From: an uncultured Bacilli bacterium
GTDB taxonomy: Bacteria > Bacillota_I > Bacilli_A > RF39 > UBA660
DNA: 64,000 nucleotides
NCBI GenBank assembly: GCA_947627925.1
Contig: CANQXW010000003.1
Coordinates: forward strand, 12 to 64,011
Direction: 5' to 3'
The notes under the pieces are model-generated. The model was given only the letters and a program-made list of their open reading frames with translations, did not search any database and was not told where the DNA came from. The translations under genes were made by a program, and so were the position numbers. Positions 40,621 to 53,349 of this stretch are shown here, one piece after another (the first letter of the stretch is position 1; every line of letters starts with the position of its first letter).

Positions 40621-41374
40621 TTTCTACTTCTTCTTTATTACTACCAACTAATACCTTGCATTTTCTATTTAATATATCAACGCTTACAACTTCTCCTTCA
40701 CCATTTTTGGTATTAATCACATCGCCAACACTAGGCATTCCCTTGCTACATTCTAAATAGTTTTCATCTTCATATTGTAAGCAACAAAGAAGTCTTCCAC
40801 ATAAGCCATTAATCTTTGAAGGATTTAAGGCTAAATTTTGATTTTTCGCCATATTCATTGAAATAGCGTCGATATGATTTAAGAATCTTGCACAGCATAT
40901 CCTTCCTCCACATATACCAATACCACCTATTTCTTTGGCTTTATCTCTAGCGCCAATTTGACGAAGTTCTATTCTCGTATGATATATTCCCGCTAATTTT
41001 TTAGCAAGTTCTCTAAAATCCACTCTTTCATCAGATGTAAAATTAAATAATAATTGAGATCTATCAAAAGTAAATTCTGCATTTATGACATGCATATTTA
41101 AACCTAAATTTTCTACTAAAGATTTGCATTTTTCCAAAGCTTCTTCCGCACTTTTCAATAGTTTATAATATTCCTTGCGGTCTTCTTCTGTCGCTTTTCT
41201 AATAATATTTTTATATCCTTCACTATTTTCTGATGAAATAATGCCATTAATTTTACCATACTGAAGCCCTTTTTCAGTTTCGACAATAACGTAATCATCT
41301 ATTTCATAATCGAGAGAACCATTAAAATAATAACTTTTACCCTGATCTTTAAATTTAACACTATAAGACTTCAT
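40604..41374 (-). CDS. ricT: PSP1-domain regulator YaaT/RicT
   Basis: PSP1 C-terminal domain with a Cys cluster (GICGGRICCARFL...CGRLLCCLQYE). It lies downstream of holB as in Bacillus. Confidence 0.85.
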   Translation of the reverse strand: MKSYSVKFKDQGKSYYFNGSLDYEIDDYVIVETEKGLQYGKINGIISSENSEGYKNIIRKATEEDRKEYYKLLKSAEEALEKCKSLVENLGLNMHVINAEFTFDRSQLLFNFTSDERVDFRELAKKLAGIYHTRIELRQIGARDKAKEIGGIGICGGRICCARFLNHIDAISMNMAKNQNLALNPSKINGLCGRLLCCLQYEDENYLECSKGMPSVGDVINTKNGEGEVVSVDILNRKCKVLVGSNKEEVEIDSNE

Positions 41375-42227
41375 TATTTATTTCCTCCATTTTTATTATA
41401 AATTTATCTAATAATAACCCCTCATTAACATTATAATTTATTTCTTGTAATAAGTTAATTAACAAATTGACTTTTTGCTTTAAATTTTCCACACTTTTAC
41501 TCTTTAAATAGTCTAACTTTAGATTTTCTTCATCTTTTAATATTTTTTTATTTAAAGCTTCTATATATATATTTAAGGTTATTTTTAAGATTACTTTAAT
41601 TTCATCTTTAGAAAAATCGCTTAAATATTCTTTATTATACAAAATTAAATCGGTTTTTTCTACTTCAACTTTTTGTAAATATTCTTCTACCACTGATACA
41701 TACTTTGTATAATCTTCCTCACTTATTCCAAGATCTTCATAAGAATTATTAGCAAAATTCACTTCTAAATGTTGACACCGGCTTTGAATTGTTAATAAAA
41801 CATTATCTAATTTAGATGTAAGGAAAAAGCCAATTACTGATCCTTCCGGTTCTTCTAAAAATTTTAACATCGTATTAGCTGACTCTTTATTCATTCTTTC
41901 AGCATTTTTAATGATATAGATATTTTCTTTGGTATATTGTGATTCTTTGGAAAAAAAGTATTTTAAGTCTAATATTTGTTCTTTTTTAATAAAATTACCA
42001 TCAGGTTCAATCACTTTTAAACTAGGCAAATTTTGAATATCAATTAAATGGCATAAAGAACACTTATTACAATTTTCTTCAAATTCAGAAACGCAAAAAA
42101 TGTTCTTTATAACTTTTAAAAGAACTTCATAACACTTTTGAATATTGTTAGTTGAAATTAAATAAGCATGAGCTAATTTTTTTTCGTGATAATATTCAAT
42201 TAATTGTTCAAGGGTACTGCTTTCTAT
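41361..42227 (-). CDS. holB: DNA polymerase III delta-prime subunit; apparent non-canonical (AUA/AUU) start
   Basis: The track ORF starts at TTG 42029, but the frame is open to 42236. The extra codons encode the conserved N-domain (KLAHAYLIS...CNKCSLCHLIDIQNLPSLKVIEPDG). AGGAGG is followed after 5 nt by ATA (42225-42227), and there is no ATG/GTG/TTG in between. Confidence 0.75.
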   Translation of the reverse strand: MESSTLEQLIEYYHEKKLAHAYLISTNNIQKCYEVLLKVIKNIFCVSEFEENCNKCSLCHLIDIQNLPSLKVIEPDGNFIKKEQILDLKYFFSKESQYTKENIYIIKNAERMNKESANTMLKFLEEPEGSVIGFFLTSKLDNVLLTIQSRCQHLEVNFANNSYEDLGISEEDYTKYVSVVEEYLQKVEVEKTDLILYNKEYLSDFSKDEIKVILKITLNIYIEALNKKILKDEENLKLDYLKSKSVENLKQKVNLLINLLQEINYNVNEGLLLDKFIIKMEEINNEVL

Positions 42228-42236
42228 AATAACCTC

Positions 42237-42434
42237 CTAATTAATAATATAGAAGACAGCAAAAAGAGATAATAAACCAGGTACGCCTAATATAGAAGTA
42301 ATCGAAATAGTACAAATATTTATAGGCAAATAAACACCAACATTTTTTAGCATAACATTAATTCCATAAATAATTCCAAAAGCAAAAACTACTTTTTTTA
42401 AGACAATACCTAGTTTATTTAGCACACATATCAC
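42237..42434 (-). CDS. bofA: pro-sigma-K processing inhibitor BofA
   Basis: 65 aa with two TM helices. VYLPINICTISITSILGVPGLLSLF matches the BofA C-terminal motif. It lies downstream of recR as in Bacillus. Confidence 0.65.
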   Translation of the reverse strand: MICVLNKLGIVLKKVVFAFGIIYGINVMLKNVGVYLPINICTISITSILGVPGLLSLFAVFYIIN

Positions 42435-42446
42435 CCAGTAAATTAT

Positions 42447-42460
42447 ATTTCCCGGGAAAT
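42447..42460. promoter_or_regulatory. Noc-binding site (NBS) palindrome
   Basis: Perfect ATTTCCCGGGAAAT, 4 nt downstream of the recR stop. Confidence 0.75.
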
Positions 42461-42464
42461 ATTT

Positions 42465-43067
42465 TTATTCCGAAATCTTTTTGCGATCTTCTAGCGCTTT
42501 ATCTAATGTAATAATATCTAGATAATCAATTTCAGCTCCAATTGGAATACCATATGATAATCTCGATATCGTTACATTTTTCTTTTCAAATATCTTTTTA
42601 ATATATAACGTCGTTGTTTCTCCTTCTATGGTTGACTTTAATGCTAATATAAGCTCGGGATTTTCTAATGATTCAACTCTTTTAACTAATGAAGAAATAT
42701 TTATATCTTCAGGTCCAATGCTATCCATTGGGGATATTAAACCATTTAAAACATGATAGACACCATGGTAATTGCCAACTTTTTCAAAAGAAAAAACACT
42801 TTTATAATCTTCAATTACACAAATAAGATTTTTATCTCGATTAGTATCAGAACAAATATTGCATACATCATTTTCTGTTAAATGACCACAAATTTGACAT
42901 GGACGCAACTTTTCCTTTGATTCTAATAAGGCTTTGGAAAAATCCTTAATATCTTCATTTTTTAAATCAAGAGTAGCTAAGGCCATTCTCTCTGCCGATT
43001 TATCTCCTACACCTGGTAGTTTTTTATAAAAAGATATCATTTTTTGTAATAATTCTGGATAAATCAT
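42465..43067 (-). CDS. recR: recombination protein RecR
   Basis: HhH LPGVGDKSAERMA, zinc finger CQICGHLTENDVCNIC and a Toprim domain. Confidence 0.95.
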   Translation of the reverse strand: MIYPELLQKMISFYKKLPGVGDKSAERMALATLDLKNEDIKDFSKALLESKEKLRPCQICGHLTENDVCNICSDTNRDKNLICVIEDYKSVFSFEKVGNYHGVYHVLNGLISPMDSIGPEDINISSLVKRVESLENPELILALKSTIEGETTTLYIKKIFEKKNVTISRLSYGIPIGAEIDYLDIITLDKALEDRKKISE

Positions 43068-43068
43068 C

Positions 43069-43368
43069 TTACATCAACCCATCTAATGCGCCAGCATATT
43101 GACCTAGTTTTTCAGTCATTGCATTATTAATTTTTATATAAGCATCTTTTGTCGCAATTAAGATCATGTCTTCTAATATTTCTTTGTCTTCATCTGTAAT
43201 GGCACCATCTTTTAATATTTTTACATTTTTAAGTTCTTTTGAACCACTAAAAGTAATTTCAATCCATTCAGATTTACCAACAAATTCCATTTTTTCTAAT
43301 TCTTCTTTTTTAGCTGTTATATCACGTTGAATTTTTTGGGCTTGAGCCATTAAATTTTGCATATTCAT
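43069..43368 (-). CDS. nucleoid-associated protein YbaB/EbfC
   Basis: 99 aa, MNMQNLMAQAQKIQRDI... Conserved dnaX-ybaB-recR arrangement. Confidence 0.85.
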   Translation of the reverse strand: MNMQNLMAQAQKIQRDITAKKEELEKMEFVGKSEWIEITFSGSKELKNVKILKDGAITDEDKEILEDMILIATKDAYIKINNAMTEKLGQYAGALDGLM

Positions 43369-43381
43369 CTTATCACCTCCC

Positions 43382-44977
43382 TTAAATAATTTCTAATTTA
43401 CTTTTATCAAATATACTATTAACAATCTTTTCTTCTTTCGGTATTTCCTTTTCTTCAATATATTTATAAACAGTTTTAGTTTTTAAATTTTGAATATATT
43501 TTTCTTTTTCTTTAGTCCATCTATCACCGGAAATAAAGATAATTTTATACATTTTATTAATTGATTTATTTAAAGAATCTTCAATTTCTTTTCCCATTTT
43601 ATTTGCAATTTCCACATTATGAATGTTATTACATACCAAGATTAAGTTTTGAGATGACGCCGCAACTACGGTACTATCAATTAATATAGATTTTATTTTA
43701 CCATCAACTTCAGTAGAAATAAAATCAGTTATTTCTTCTTTAGCTTTTTCTAAATATGTTTTTTGAGCATCAACAAAACAGTTGTTAATTCTAATATTAA
43801 TTAAATTTTCTAAGTTATTACTTTCATTATCAATTTCTTCTTCTATTTTTTCTGACTCTTTTTTTTGTTCTTCTTTTATTTCTTCTTTTTTCAAAACATT
43901 TTCTATTTTAGAAGTTTTTTCTTTAACTGGATTAAAATCAGTCGAATTAGTATTAGAATCAAAGAAATCTAATATAATCATCTCTAATATTGTATATGAA
44001 TCAACATTTATGTTAATTTTATTTAAACTATCTGCTAATTTTAAAATAAGATTTTTATAATCGCTAAAATTTAATCTTTTTGCTCCACCAGATATTTTAA
44101 GACTTTTAGCTTTTTGACTGGCAACTTCAATAACTTTTTTTACTAGTGTTTTATAATCAACCGCTCTATTGCGATATTCATCTATTAAATTTAGACATTT
44201 TGAAGTATCATTATCTTCAATTGAAGATAATAATTCATCAATATTTTTTTGAGATATAGTCTTAATTTGCTTTTCAATCAATTCTAAAGTAATTTTTTGA
44301 CTACTTTTAGATAATTGATCCAATAAACTTAAGGCATCCCGCATTCCGCCTTCTGATAAGTAAGCAATTTCTTTTAAAGCATCATCATCTATATCTATTT
44401 TTTCTACTTTGCTTATATATTTTAAACGGTTAACAATATCATCGATCTTAATTTTTTGGAAATCATACCTTTGGCATCTTGATAAAATAGTTATCGGTAC
44501 ATTTTCAATATTAGTTGTCGCTAATATAAAAATTGAATGAGCTGGAGGTTCCTCTAAAGTTAATAATAAGGCGTTAAAAGCACTGGTTGATAACATATGA
44601 ACTTCATCGATGATATATACTTTATATTTACCATTAGTTGGTGTTAATTTAACATTTTCTATTAATTCTCTTATTTCATCAACACCATTATTAGATGCCG
44701 CATCTATTTCTATTATATCGGGATTATCATGAAAATTTTTACAAAATTCACATTCACCACAAGGAGAACCATCATGAGTATTTAAACAATTTATAGCTTT
44801 AGAAAACACCTTAGCTGTCGTAGTTTTTCCTGTTCCTCTAGGTCCAGAAAAAATGTAGGCATGAGAAATATTTCCATTTATAATGGAATTTTTTAATGTC
44901 TTTATTATATATTCTTGTCCTACGATATCATCAAAGTTATCTGGACGATATTTTCGATATAAGACTTTGTATTTCAT
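43382..44977 (-). CDS. dnaX: DNA polymerase III subunit tau/gamma
   Basis: Walker A GPRGTGKTT, zinc module CGECEFC, DEVHMLS, SRCQRYDF. Confidence 0.95.
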   Translation of the reverse strand: MKYKVLYRKYRPDNFDDIVGQEYIIKTLKNSIINGNISHAYIFSGPRGTGKTTTAKVFSKAINCLNTHDGSPCGECEFCKNFHDNPDIIEIDAASNNGVDEIRELIENVKLTPTNGKYKVYIIDEVHMLSTSAFNALLLTLEEPPAHSIFILATTNIENVPITILSRCQRYDFQKIKIDDIVNRLKYISKVEKIDIDDDALKEIAYLSEGGMRDALSLLDQLSKSSQKITLELIEKQIKTISQKNIDELLSSIEDNDTSKCLNLIDEYRNRAVDYKTLVKKVIEVASQKAKSLKISGGAKRLNFSDYKNLILKLADSLNKININVDSYTILEMIILDFFDSNTNSTDFNPVKEKTSKIENVLKKEEIKEEQKKESEKIEEEIDNESNNLENLINIRINNCFVDAQKTYLEKAKEEITDFISTEVDGKIKSILIDSTVVAASSQNLILVCNNIHNVEIANKMGKEIEDSLNKSINKMYKIIFISGDRWTKEKEKYIQNLKTKTVYKYIEEKEIPKEEKIVNSIFDKSKLEII

Positions 44978-45030
44978 GATGCTATTCCTCTCCTAAATAA
45001 TTATATCATAATCGCCCGTATTTTGGCTAT

Positions 45031-45447
45031 TTATTCTCGTAGTTTTTGAAAAAAAGTATTAACTATTTTTTGATAATTTTCTTTTATATTGTTACAATCA
45101 TTTGTTTGACTATATTTATTTGTTTTTAAATCTGATTTATCTTGTTTTAATAAATAAATAACTTGATCTATCCTTGATTCTTCAATAACTTTTTGACAAA
45201 GCTGGCAAGGTTCTAATGTAACATATAATGTACAGCCATCTAAGCGCCAATCTTTTAATTTTTTTTCGGCTTTTAGAATTGCATTTATTTCGGCATGTCC
45301 TAAAACTTTATATTTTTTTTGGCGATTATTATGGCCTTTAGCAATTACTTTATTATCTTTTACAATAACAGCTCCCACCGGGATTTCTTTCTTTTTATAT
45401 GCTTTTAATGCTTCTTTATAAGCTATATTCATAAAATTCATAAACAT
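45031..45447 (-). CDS. tadA: tRNA-specific adenosine deaminase
   Basis: CDA motifs HAEINAI and PCQLC. The start is ambiguous among three nearby ATGs. Confidence 0.85.
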   Translation of the reverse strand: MFMNFMNIAYKEALKAYKKKEIPVGAVIVKDNKVIAKGHNNRQKKYKVLGHAEINAILKAEKKLKDWRLDGCTLYVTLEPCQLCQKVIEESRIDQVIYLLKQDKSDLKTNKYSQTNDCNNIKENYQKIVNTFFQKLRE

Positions 45448-45461
45448 TTACTCCTTAATTA

Positions 45462-45540
45462 AAAAAGCACACACAAATAGGGACTGATGTGGCTGCTGTC
45501 TTCCAACTCTGACCAGGTTACAGTATATTTGTTGTGCTTC
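45462..45540 (-). ncRNA. ffs: signal recognition particle RNA, minimal 4.5S-type
   Basis: The minus strand reads GAAGCACAACAAAUA...CCUGGUCAGAGUUGGAAGACAGCAGCCACAUCAGU...UAUUUGUGUGUGC + U-run. The domain IV motif (GGUCAG..GGAA tetraloop..AGCAGC) is present. The terminal 12-bp helix closes the molecule, and the promoter is placed correctly. Confidence 0.75.
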
Positions 45541-45543
45541 TAA

Positions 45544-45572
45544 ATAATATCATATCAATTTGTATGATGCAA
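45544..45572 (-). promoter_or_regulatory. sigma-A-type promoter of ffs
   Basis: Minus strand TTGCAT (45567-72), 17 nt, TATTAT (45544-49). The predicted +1 falls at about 45537-45540. Confidence 0.55.
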
Positions 45573-45582
45573 ATAATTTTAA

Positions 45583-45598
45583 TGTTTCACGTGAAACA
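45583..45598. promoter_or_regulatory. parS centromere-like site
   Basis: Perfect 16-bp palindrome TGTTTCACGTGAAACA, fitting the Firmicute parS consensus TGTTNCACGTGAAACA. Confidence 0.8.
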
Positions 45599-45835
45599 TC
45601 AATTTATTTAAAACTATATTATTAATTGTTTTTTGTTGTATAACTAATATTATGTAATATTTATAAATTTGAAGTCTAAGCATTAAAGCTTCGATTTTAT
45701 TATAATTTTTTTTATTAATTTTTCTAATATTGTTTTTAAATTTATTAACTAAATCACTATTATATTAAAATTTTTTTTAAATAGATATTTAATTTTTTGC
45801 TTTCAATAATTTTAATTGTTTCACACAAAAAGTAA

Positions 45836-45851
45836 TGTTTCACGTGAAACA
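45836..45851. promoter_or_regulatory. parS centromere-like site (also forms the gyrA terminator hairpin)
   Basis: Perfect TGTTTCACGTGAAACA. The extended palindrome AGTAATGTTTCACGTGAAACATTACT is followed on the minus strand by TTTTT. Confidence 0.8.
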
Positions 45852-45866
45852 TTACTTACATTTTTT

Positions 45867-45880
45867 ATTTCCCGGGAAAT
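45867..45880. promoter_or_regulatory. Noc-binding site (NBS) palindrome
   Basis: Perfect ATTTCCCGGGAAAT, 1 nt downstream of the gyrA stop. Confidence 0.75.
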
Positions 45881-45881
45881 A

Positions 45882-48410
45882 TTATTTTTCCGGATTATTA
45901 TTAGATTCTTCTAAAGAACTATCATCTTCAGATGATGCTGTTTCAATATTTTCTAAATTATTTTTTGAAGAATCTTCTTCAACGTCTTCGTTGTTAATAT
46001 GATCAACAATGCTTACAGTAGCTACAAATTGAGCATCTTTAAGAGATATTAATCTTAAGCCTTGAGTAACTCTTCCTAATATAGAAATTTGATTTACCGG
46101 AAGTTTAATTGTTATGCCTACATTAGTCATAATAACAACGTCTTTATCTTCTAATACTACTTTAGCAGCAACTAAATTACCATTCTTTTCAGTAACGTTA
46201 AGTGCTAATACACCTTTGCTACCACGTCTTGTTTGTCTAAAATTACAAACCTTTGTACGTTTTCCATAACCTTTCTCAGTTACTAATAAGATGGTAGAGT
46301 CTTCAGAAACAACTTCAGAACATATACAAGTTCCACCATTTAAGTTTATACCTTTAACACCGGCAGCGGTTCTTCCCATAGCTCTAATTTCTGATTCGGC
46401 AAATTTTACCATTCGTCCTTGACTACTTCCTAAAAGGATAATATCGTTACCAGTAGTCTTTTTAACATCTAGTAATTCATCATTTTCCTTTAGGCTTATA
46501 CATAATTTTCCAGTTGCCCTAATACTATCAAATTCCGAAATATCAGTCTTTTTAACAATACCTTTTTTGGTAGCAAACATTAAATATTTATAATCATCAT
46601 CTTTACTAACTTTAATAATAGAATTAATCTTTTCATCTTTTTCGATTTGAAGTAAATTTATAACTGGTATACCTTTTGATGTTCGACTAAATTCTGGTAT
46701 TTCGTAACCTTTAATACGATATACTTTTCCTTTATTTGTAAAGAACATTATATAATCGTGAGTTGATAAGTTAATTAAATGTTCTACGTAATCTTCATCG
46801 TTTGTAGTTAAACCTTTTACTCCCATTCCGCCACGATTTTGAGTTCTAAACGAATCATTTGTTGTTCTCTTTATATATCCTTTATTAGTTAATACGACCA
46901 TTACATCTTCTTCAGGAATTAATGATTCATCTTCAATGTATTCAATCGCAGTCATATCAATTTTAGTCCGACGATCATCAGCATATTTTTCTTTAATTTC
47001 GATAAGTTCATCTTTAATGATACCTAAGATTTTATCACGGGATGCTAAAATTTCTTTTAATTCAGTAATTTTAGCTAATAATTCGGCTAATTCTTCTTCA
47101 ATTTTACTTCTTTCTAAGCCTGTCAAACGACGCAATTTAAGTTCAAGAATAGCATCAGCTTGAATATCTGATAAACTATATTTGGAAATTAATTTTTCTT
47201 TAGCAATTATATCAGTTTCAGAGTCACGTATTATTTGAATGAAATCATCAAGATTGTCTAAGGCAATCTTATATCCCTCTAATATATGAACTCTCTTTTC
47301 GGCTTTATCAAGTTCAAATCTTGTTCTTCTGATAATTACTTCTTCTTGATAATTAATATATTTAGCAATAATATCTTTTAATCCAAGTGTTTTTGGGACC
47401 TTATTATCAATCATTAAGAAAATGATACCATAATTTATTTGAAATTGAGTATGTTTATATAAGTTATTTAAAACAACTTGAGGATTAGCTTCCTTCTTTA
47501 AGGTTATAGTAATTTTAATACCATCTTTTAAATCGGTATGATAATCAGCTATTCCATCAATAATTTTATTATGAACAAGTTCAGCAACTTTTTTCTTTAA
47601 ATCATCAACATTTACACCATAAGGAACTTCATCAATAATAATGTAATGTTTACCATCTTTCTCTTCAATTGAAGCCTTACTTCTAATTGTAATGCTACCT
47701 CGACCTGTTTCATAAGCCTTTTTAATTCCACTGTTACCTAAAATTAAACCCCCTGTTGGAAAATCGGGACCTTTAATATATTGCATTAAACCATCAACAT
47801 TAATATCTGGATTATCAATATAAGCAACACATCCATCAATTACTTCTCCTAAGTTATGCGGTGGTATATTAGTGGCCATACCTACGGCAATACCCATTGT
47901 TCCATTAACTAAAATATTTGGAAATCTTGATGGTAAAATTTCTGGTTCTTTTTCTGACTCATCAAAGTTTGGCCCAAAATTAATAGTATCTTTATTAATA
48001 TCTCTTAATAATTCCAAAGATATTTTAGATAGTCTTGATTCTGTATAACGCATCGCTGCAGCACCATCACCTGCTATATTACCAAAGTTACCATGACCAT
48101 CAACTAAAGGATTACGATAACTAAAGTCTTGAGCCATTCTAACCATGGCTTCATAAATACTAGAATCGCCATGAGGATGATATTTTCCCATAACATCACC
48201 AACAATACGAGCACTTTTTCGATGTGGTTTATCTGGAGTATACCCTGATTCATACATTGACCATAAAATCCGGCGATGAACCGGTTTTAAACCATCTCTT
48301 AAATCTGGTAAAGCCCGGGAAACAATAACACTTACCGAATAATCAATAAAAGATTTTTTGATTTCTTTTACTATATTATTTTCTTCTAATTTATCAATAT
48401 TATGATCCAT
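45882..48410 (-). CDS. gyrA: DNA gyrase subunit A
   Basis: Full-length match. Active-site region AAMRYTE, QRDR segment [13 protein letters not shown], and an acidic C-terminal tail. Confidence 0.97.
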   Translation of the reverse strand: MDHNIDKLEENNIVKEIKKSFIDYSVSVIVSRALPDLRDGLKPVHRRILWSMYESGYTPDKPHRKSARIVGDVMGKYHPHGDSSIYEAMVRMAQDFSYRNPLVDGHGNFGNIAGDGAAAMRYTESRLSKISLELLRDINKDTINFGPNFDESEKEPEILPSRFPNILVNGTMGIAVGMATNIPPHNLGEVIDGCVAYIDNPDINVDGLMQYIKGPDFPTGGLILGNSGIKKAYETGRGSITIRSKASIEEKDGKHYIIIDEVPYGVNVDDLKKKVAELVHNKIIDGIADYHTDLKDGIKITITLKKEANPQVVLNNLYKHTQFQINYGIIFLMIDNKVPKTLGLKDIIAKYINYQEEVIIRRTRFELDKAEKRVHILEGYKIALDNLDDFIQIIRDSETDIIAKEKLISKYSLSDIQADAILELKLRRLTGLERSKIEEELAELLAKITELKEILASRDKILGIIKDELIEIKEKYADDRRTKIDMTAIEYIEDESLIPEEDVMVVLTNKGYIKRTTNDSFRTQNRGGMGVKGLTTNDEDYVEHLINLSTHDYIMFFTNKGKVYRIKGYEIPEFSRTSKGIPVINLLQIEKDEKINSIIKVSKDDDYKYLMFATKKGIVKKTDISEFDSIRATGKLCISLKENDELLDVKKTTGNDIILLGSSQGRMVKFAESEIRAMGRTAAGVKGINLNGGTCICSEVVSEDSTILLVTEKGYGKRTKVCNFRQTRRGSKGVLALNVTEKNGNLVAAKVVLEDKDVVIMTNVGITIKLPVNQISILGRVTQGLRLISLKDAQFVATVSIVDHINNEDVEEDSSKNNLENIETASSEDDSSLEESNNNPEK

Positions 48411-48419
48411 ATAAACCTC

Positions 48420-51436
<3,017 letters not shown>

Positions 51437-51526
51437 AATTAGCCTTTCTTTTATGCGTATTTTAATAAAAAGGTATTTTAAGTACTCCTATACCTAGTTA
51501 TAATTATATCATAAAATAGCGATATT

Positions 51527-51979
51527 TTAAACAAAATTTGTTATTTTTCGGCTTTTTAAAGTATTATTTAATTTAAAAGATTGTAATAACATTTTTTCTA
51601 AACTACTTTTTGATAAATTAACATAAAATTCTTGATTATTAATACAAGTAATTTTTAAACAATTATTTATTTCTTCCATATCTAATATTTTGTTAGCAAC
51701 TAAAAATAAACACTCTTTATCTCGAAAAGAATTTAATTGTAATAAAATTATATTATTAGATTCATCAATAATTATTGGAATACGATACTTAACATTTAAA
51801 ATACTTTTAGCACATTTTTTGCGCCCATCTAAACTACTTCCATAATAATTGCAATTATATTCTAAAATAAATTTTAAATTATTATTAATAACTTTTATAT
51901 CATCTAATGTATAAATTATAGACTTATCGCACTGTTTTAAAAGGGCTACAGTATCATTATTTATTAAATAATTTTTCAC
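51527..51979 (-). CDS. ComK-family competence transcription factor-like protein
   Basis: CNYYGSSLDGRKKCAKSILNVKYRIPIIIDESNNIILLQLNS...ECLFLVANKI aligns with B. subtilis ComK CRFFGSSYAGRKAGTYEVTKISHKPPIMVDPSNQIFLFPTLS...CGWISHVHV. Confidence 0.7.
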   Translation of the reverse strand: MKNYLINNDTVALLKQCDKSIIYTLDDIKVINNNLKFILEYNCNYYGSSLDGRKKCAKSILNVKYRIPIIIDESNNIILLQLNSFRDKECLFLVANKILDMEEINNCLKITCINNQEFYVNLSKSSLEKMLLQSFKLNNTLKSRKITNFV

Positions 51980-52048
51980 TTTTCTTCTTCCTTTCCAAAA
52001 AATTTAATGTTTACTATAGCACAAAGAAAGCGCAAAATTTGTCGAATT

Positions 52049-52062
52049 ATTTCCCGGGAAAT
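52049..52062. promoter_or_regulatory. Noc-binding site (NBS) palindrome
   Basis: Perfect ATTTCCCGGGAAAT, within the 20-bp palindrome ATTATTTCCCGGGAAATAAT. It lies between the dnaN terminator and the comK-like gene. Confidence 0.75.
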
Positions 52063-52071
52063 AATTTTTTT

Positions 52072-52102
52072 AAAAAAAATCTCATTTTTTCAAACGAGAT
52101 TT
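52072..52102 (-). terminator. rho-independent terminator of dnaN
   Basis: Minus strand aaatctc-loop-gagattt followed by TTTTTTTT. Confidence 0.6.
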
Positions 52103-52110
52103 AATTAAAA

Positions 52111-53229
52111 TTAATAAGTTTTAACTGGTAAGATCAATTCAATTAATGATTCATCTTTCACTGATTTAATTAAAATTGGTTTATCATCACTATTGATAAG
52201 AAGTAAAATGTTATCATCTTTAATAACTTTTAAAGCCTCTAACATGTATCTTGATGAGAAAGCAATTTCTAATTTTTCTTTATTACTACATTCAATATTT
52301 AATTTTTCTTCGGTTTTTCCTATTTCCGAAGCACTTGAAGAAATAACCATTACTTTACCATCAACTAAAACACGAACGATATTTTTGTCTTTGCTTTGTG
52401 CTAAAAGACTAGCTCTATCTACGGCATCATTAAAAGCTTTAAGATCAAGATTAATCATGTAAGCAAATTCAGAAGGAATAAAATGATTTGTATCTGGATA
52501 TGTTCCACTTAAAAGATTAGTTTGAAATTCAACATTTTTGTATTTAAATAATATTTTATTGTTGAAAATATGCATTATAACAACATCATCAGTATCTAAC
52601 ATTTTTTCAAGTTCACTTACACTTTTACCAGGAATAACAATATTGATAGTATTGTTAACAATTTTATCTAATTTAACATTCTTTTTGGCTAAACGATAAG
52701 AATCAGTCGCAATACATTCTAAAGTATCACCAAGAATTTTTAAATTAATTCCGGTTAAAAGTGGTCTTACTTCTTGAGTTGATACTGCATAAACAGTTTC
52801 ATTAATTATACTTTTTAAAACTTCTGATTTTATTTCTATTGGTTCTTTCGATTCATCTAGAACTATCCTTGGATAATCATTTATATCATAACAATTTAAA
52901 TTATATTCATTGTTATCCGTATAAATTTTAATTTTACTAGTATCATCGGTATCAAAATAAATTATATCAGAAGGCATTTTTCTAATTATTTCCAAAATAT
53001 ATTTACTTTGAATAATCATACTTCCTTCTTTTTCGATTTTTTTAATATCTGATTCTGGTATTGTTACTCTAATAGTTAATTCTGAATCACTAGCAAGTAA
53101 ACTTAATCCTTCCTTGGTTAAATCAAATTTGATTCCATTTAATATCGGAATAGTTGTTCTAGTTCCAATTGCTCTTGTAACGTTTGTAAGAGCTTCTAAT
53201 AAAATATTCTTATCAATAACAAATTTCAT
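52111..53229 (-). CDS. dnaN: DNA polymerase III beta sliding clamp
   Basis: 372 aa with three-domain clamp architecture, MKFVIDKNILLEALTNV.., downstream of dnaA. Confidence 0.95.
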   Translation of the reverse strand: MKFVIDKNILLEALTNVTRAIGTRTTIPILNGIKFDLTKEGLSLLASDSELTIRVTIPESDIKKIEKEGSMIIQSKYILEIIRKMPSDIIYFDTDDTSKIKIYTDNNEYNLNCYDINDYPRIVLDESKEPIEIKSEVLKSIINETVYAVSTQEVRPLLTGINLKILGDTLECIATDSYRLAKKNVKLDKIVNNTINIVIPGKSVSELEKMLDTDDVVIMHIFNNKILFKYKNVEFQTNLLSGTYPDTNHFIPSEFAYMINLDLKAFNDAVDRASLLAQSKDKNIVRVLVDGKVMVISSSASEIGKTEEKLNIECSNKEKLEIAFSSRYMLEALKVIKDDNILLLINSDDKPILIKSVKDESLIELILPVKTY

Positions 53230-53349
53230 TTTTCCTTCCTTCTTTCTTTTATTATTAATATTATTTTGGTTATTATAGTGTTATTAATGTTGAAAACTGT
53301 TAATATCTTTAGAAAAACTTATATTTTCCAAGAATTTTTTTAAACATTA

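Noticed and set aside
45583-45851. GTTTCACGTGAAAC palindromes as CRP/FNR-, Rex- or cre-type operators, or as ends of a MITE
   Set aside because: The half-site spacing and orientation do not fit those operators. The 16-mer fits the parS consensus exactly. The 237-nt spacer has no terminal inverted repeats beyond the palindromes themselves and no target-site duplication.
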